Source: an uncultured Gammaproteobacteria bacterium (GTDB lineage: Bacteria > Patescibacteriota > Patescibacteriia > CAZBFB01). From it: DNA of 46,449 bases. Position 1 is the stretch's first letter; each line of letters starts with the position of its first letter. A program made the translations under genes and the position numbers. Where the stretch lies: assembly GCA_964491085.1 (NCBI GenBank), contig CAZBFB010000037.1, positions 1 through 46,449 of the forward strand. The letters run 5' to 3'. Under the pieces are notes generated by a model that was not told the DNA's origin, did not search any database, and saw only the letters and a program-made list of their open reading frames with translations. Positions 43,845 through 46,449 of the stretch are shown here, piece by piece.

Positions 43845-46449
43845 ATGCAAAATTTTACTTACAAAGCCCAAGAGGCATTACAAAACGCTTCGCAAATTGC
43901 TTCCGAATATAATCATCAAAACATTGATTCACCACATTTATTGTTGGCGTTGGTTAGCCAAGAAGACGGTGTTATTATCAGTATTTTAAAAAAACTCGAA
44001 ATTGATTCTGATGATGTGCGCGATCGACTCGAATCCACCATCGAGCGCTTGCCGCAAGTTTTCAGCACACACAGCGCCATTGGCCAAATGTATATCACAC
44101 CGGAGCTCAAACAAATTATGGATCAAGCCGCTAAAGAGGCCGGTAAATTAAAAGACGAATATATTTCCACCGAGCATATATTTCTGGCCATGCTCGAAGC
44201 GCCGTCTAAGATAAAACAGCTCTTGAATCATTATCACTTAACCTATGACCAGGTCTTGCGGGTATTGAGCGAAGTACGCGGTGAACATCGCGTTGACTCC
44301 CCCACTCCCGAAGCCAAGTATCAGGCACTGGCAAAATATGCTACCAATTTGACCCAGCTGGCGCGTCGGGAAAAACTTGATCCGGTAATTGGTCGTGATG
44401 ACGAGATTCGTCGCGTCATGCAAGTGTTGTCACGCCGTACCAAAAATAATCCCGTGTTGATTGGTGAACCGGGAACCGGTAAAACCGCCATTGCGGAGGG
44501 GGTGGCCCAACGCATTGTCAAAGGCGATGTGCCAGAAAGTTTGAAAGACAAAGAACTGGTCTCGCTTGATATTGGCGCACTAGTGGCCGGCACTAAATTT
44601 CGGGGTGAATTTGAAGAGCGATTAAAAGCCGTGCTCAAAGAAGTGATCGCTTCCGCCGGGCGCGTTCTTTTGTTTATTGATGAATTACACACTCTGGTGG
44701 GCGCGGGTGGCGCGGAAGGCGCGATTGACGCGGCCAATATGTTAAAGCCGGCGTTGGCGCGCGGTGAATTGCATGCTGTGGGCGCTACCACGCTTAAAGA
44801 ATATCAAAAATATATTGAAAAAGACGCGGCTCTGGAACGCCGCTTCCAACCGATATTCGTGGCTGAACCCAGCCAAGAAGACGCTATCGCTATTTTGCGT
44901 GGCATTAAAGAAAAATATGAAGTGCATCATGGCGTGCGTATTATTGATCCGGCCATTGTTGCCGCGGTCGAGCTTTCTAGTCGCTATATTTCTGATCGTT
45001 TTTTGCCGGATAAAGCGATTGACTTAATTGATGAGGCCGCCTCGGCTTTGCGCATGGAAATTGAAAGTCAACCGGAAGAACTTGATCGCCTAAAGCGGCG
45101 TATTATCCAACTCGAAATCGAGCGCGAAGCGTTGAAAAAAGAAAATGATAATGACTCAATGGCGCGCCTGGAGTCGGTGGAAAAAGAATTAGCTGATTTG
45201 AAGGAGCGCTCGCAACATTTAGAGATTCAATGGAAAGCGGAAAAAGATGTGATCATGAAAATTCGTGAGTTGAAAACGGCGATTGATAAATTACGCGGCG
45301 AAGCGGAAATGGCTGAACGGGAAGCTAATTTACAGAAAGTGGCCGAAATTCGTTATGGTAAAATTCCGCAAAGCGAAAAAGAAATTTGTGATCTACAAGA
45401 AAAATTGGTACGCATTCAGCACGGTCGACAGATTCTCAAAGAAGAGATCACCGAAGAAGATATTGCTCATGTGGTTTCGCGTTGGACTGGAGTGCCGGTG
45501 GCGCGGATGCTCGAAGCGGAAAAAGAAAAACTGGTGCGCATGGAACAAGCCCTAAAAATACGCGTTATTGGTCAAGATGAAGCGATCGGGGCCGTGGCTA
45601 ACGCGGTGCGTCGTTCCCGCTCCGGTATTGCTGAAGAGAATCGGCCGATTGGTTCATTTATTTTTTTGGGACCAACCGGTGTGGGTAAAACAGAACTAGC
45701 TCGCGCTTTGGCAGAATTTATGTTCAACGACCAACAAGCATTGGTGCGGGTGGATATGTCGGAATATATGGAAAAACACGCCGTCTCGCGCCTGATCGGC
45801 TCACCGCCAGGATATATCGGTTATGACGAAGGTGGCCAGCTTACGGAAATTATTCGTCGTCGGCCGTATGCGGTAGTGCTGTTTGATGAAATTGAAAAAG
45901 CGCACCCGGATGTGTTTAATATTTTGTTACAGATTCTCGACGACGGACGACTGACGGACGCTAAGGGACGCGTGGTTAATTTCAAAAACGCGCTGGTGAT
46001 TATGACATCAAACATTGGTTCGGAAATCATTCTTGATTTGGCCACCAAGGGCGCGCTGGGTTTTGAAGATCATGCGGATAAAAAACGCGGCACAGAAGAT
46101 CTAATGCGCGCGAAAGTTATGGAGGCCTTGCAAGAACATTTCAAACCGGAATTTTTGAATCGAGTTGACGAAACCATTGTTTTTAATACCTTAAGCGCCC
46201 CGGATCTCATGAAAATTGTGGAACTGCAGTTGGCGCATGTCAGTGAGCGTTTGGCGCGTCATAAAATCAAGCTAGATATCAGTGAAGCAGTAAGAAAACA
46301 TCTTGGTAAAGAGGGTTACGATCCAGTGTATGGCGCTCGTCCCCTGAAGCGCACTATTCAACACGAAATACTTGACCCCCTCGCTATGAAAATGATCGCC
46401 GGCGAAGTACACGACGGCGATACTGTCCGCATTGACAAATTTAACAAAC
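43845..46449 (+). CDS. clpB: ATP-dependent chaperone ClpB (3' end truncated by the window)
   Basis: Not in the ORF track because no stop is reached. My translation from ATG 43845 gives the Clp N domain, [13 protein letters not shown], Walker [10 protein letters not shown], the middle coiled coil, and a second Walker [10 protein letters not shown]. Confidence 0.95.
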   Translation, partial: MQNFTYKAQEALQNASQIASEYNHQNIDSPHLLLALVSQEDGVIISILKKLEIDSDDVRDRLESTIERLPQVFSTHSAIGQMYITPELKQIMDQAAKEAGKLKDEYISTEHIFLAMLEAPSKIKQLLNHYHLTYDQVLRVLSEVRGEHRVDSPTPEAKYQALAKYATNLTQLARREKLDPVIGRDDEIRRVMQVLSRRTKNNPVLIGEPGTGKTAIAEGVAQRIVKGDVPESLKDKELVSLDIGALVAGTKFRGEFEERLKAVLKEVIASAGRVLLFIDELHTLVGAGGAEGAIDAANMLKPALARGELHAVGATTLKEYQKYIEKDAALERRFQPIFVAEPSQEDAIAILRGIKEKYEVHHGVRIIDPAIVAAVELSSRYISDRFLPDKAIDLIDEAASALRMEIESQPEELDRLKRRIIQLEIEREALKKENDNDSMARLESVEKELADLKERSQHLEIQWKAEKDVIMKIRELKTAIDKLRGEAEMAEREANLQKVAEIRYGKIPQSEKEICDLQEKLVRIQHGRQILKEEITEEDIAHVVSRWTGVPVARMLEAEKEKLVRMEQALKIRVIGQDEAIGAVANAVRRSRSGIAEENRPIGSFIFLGPTGVGKTELARALAEFMFNDQQALVRVDMSEYMEKHAVSRLIGSPPGYIGYDEGGQLTEIIRRRPYAVVLFDEIEKAHPDVFNILLQILDDGRLTDAKGRVVNFKNALVIMTSNIGSEIILDLATKGALGFEDHADKKRGTEDLMRAKVMEALQEHFKPEFLNRVDETIVFNTLSAPDLMKIVELQLAHVSERLARHKIKLDISEAVRKHLGKEGYDPVYGARPLKRTIQHEILDPLAMKMIAGEVHDGDTVRIDKFNK

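Noticed and set aside
44321-44791. 156-aa ORF on the - strand
   Set aside because: It is antisense to the strongly supported clpB reading frame (Walker A region). Its low-complexity Ala/Ser/Pro composition is typical of antisense frames.
1-46449. Alternative genetic code (UGA recoding, as in some CPR lineages)
   Set aside because: Conserved genes terminate at the expected length on TGA (for example rnhA at 22142-22144 and ftsQ at 36679-36681). All housekeeping ORFs are intact under code 11.

Overview
Gene-dense 46.4-kb chromosomal window read with the standard bacterial code; several long ORFs end in TGA. Gene content suggests a small-genome Candidate Phyla Radiation/Patescibacteria-like organism, which is inference only: TrbC/VirB2-like pilin protein, TraD/VirD4-like ATPase among housekeeping genes, RibL-like nucleotidyltransferase, many short gene overlaps. 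I call about 37 protein genes. They include secD/secF, cysS, dnaX, rmuC, recJ, rdgB, rnhA, a polyprenyl-phosphate sugar transferase, a GT4 glycosyltransferase, PBP2, greA, lysS, serS, alr, ddl, ftsQ, era, a Xer recombinase, an NRAMP-like transporter, an M23 peptidase, gltX, a TagA-like transferase and clpB (3' end cut by the window). There is also an MTH1-type Nudix hydrolase, a second Nudix, a Cas4-like PD-(D/E)XK nuclease, a SAMHD1-like HD protein and several unknowns. RNA genes are tRNA-Gln(CUG) and an RNase P RNA of about 850 nt, roughly twice the usual size. The most striking property is the load of palindromic, MITE-like hairpin repeats in at least six sequence families. They fill most intergenic spacers and also sit inside the RNase P RNA and in frame inside cysS, alr and the 5' end of a surface-protein gene. 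Other points of interest are a parvulin PPIase-like module inside the SecD periplasmic domain and a pilin-like protein fused to Cys-rich extracytoplasmic domains near an orphan coupling-protein-like ATPase. There is also an AT-rich Fic module broken at a T8 run, a CIRCE operator in front of clpB, and two adjacent large proteins of unknown function. No CRISPR array, rRNA or prophage was seen. All calls rest on reading the sequence and on remembered motifs; no database search, GC calculation or RNA folding was run.
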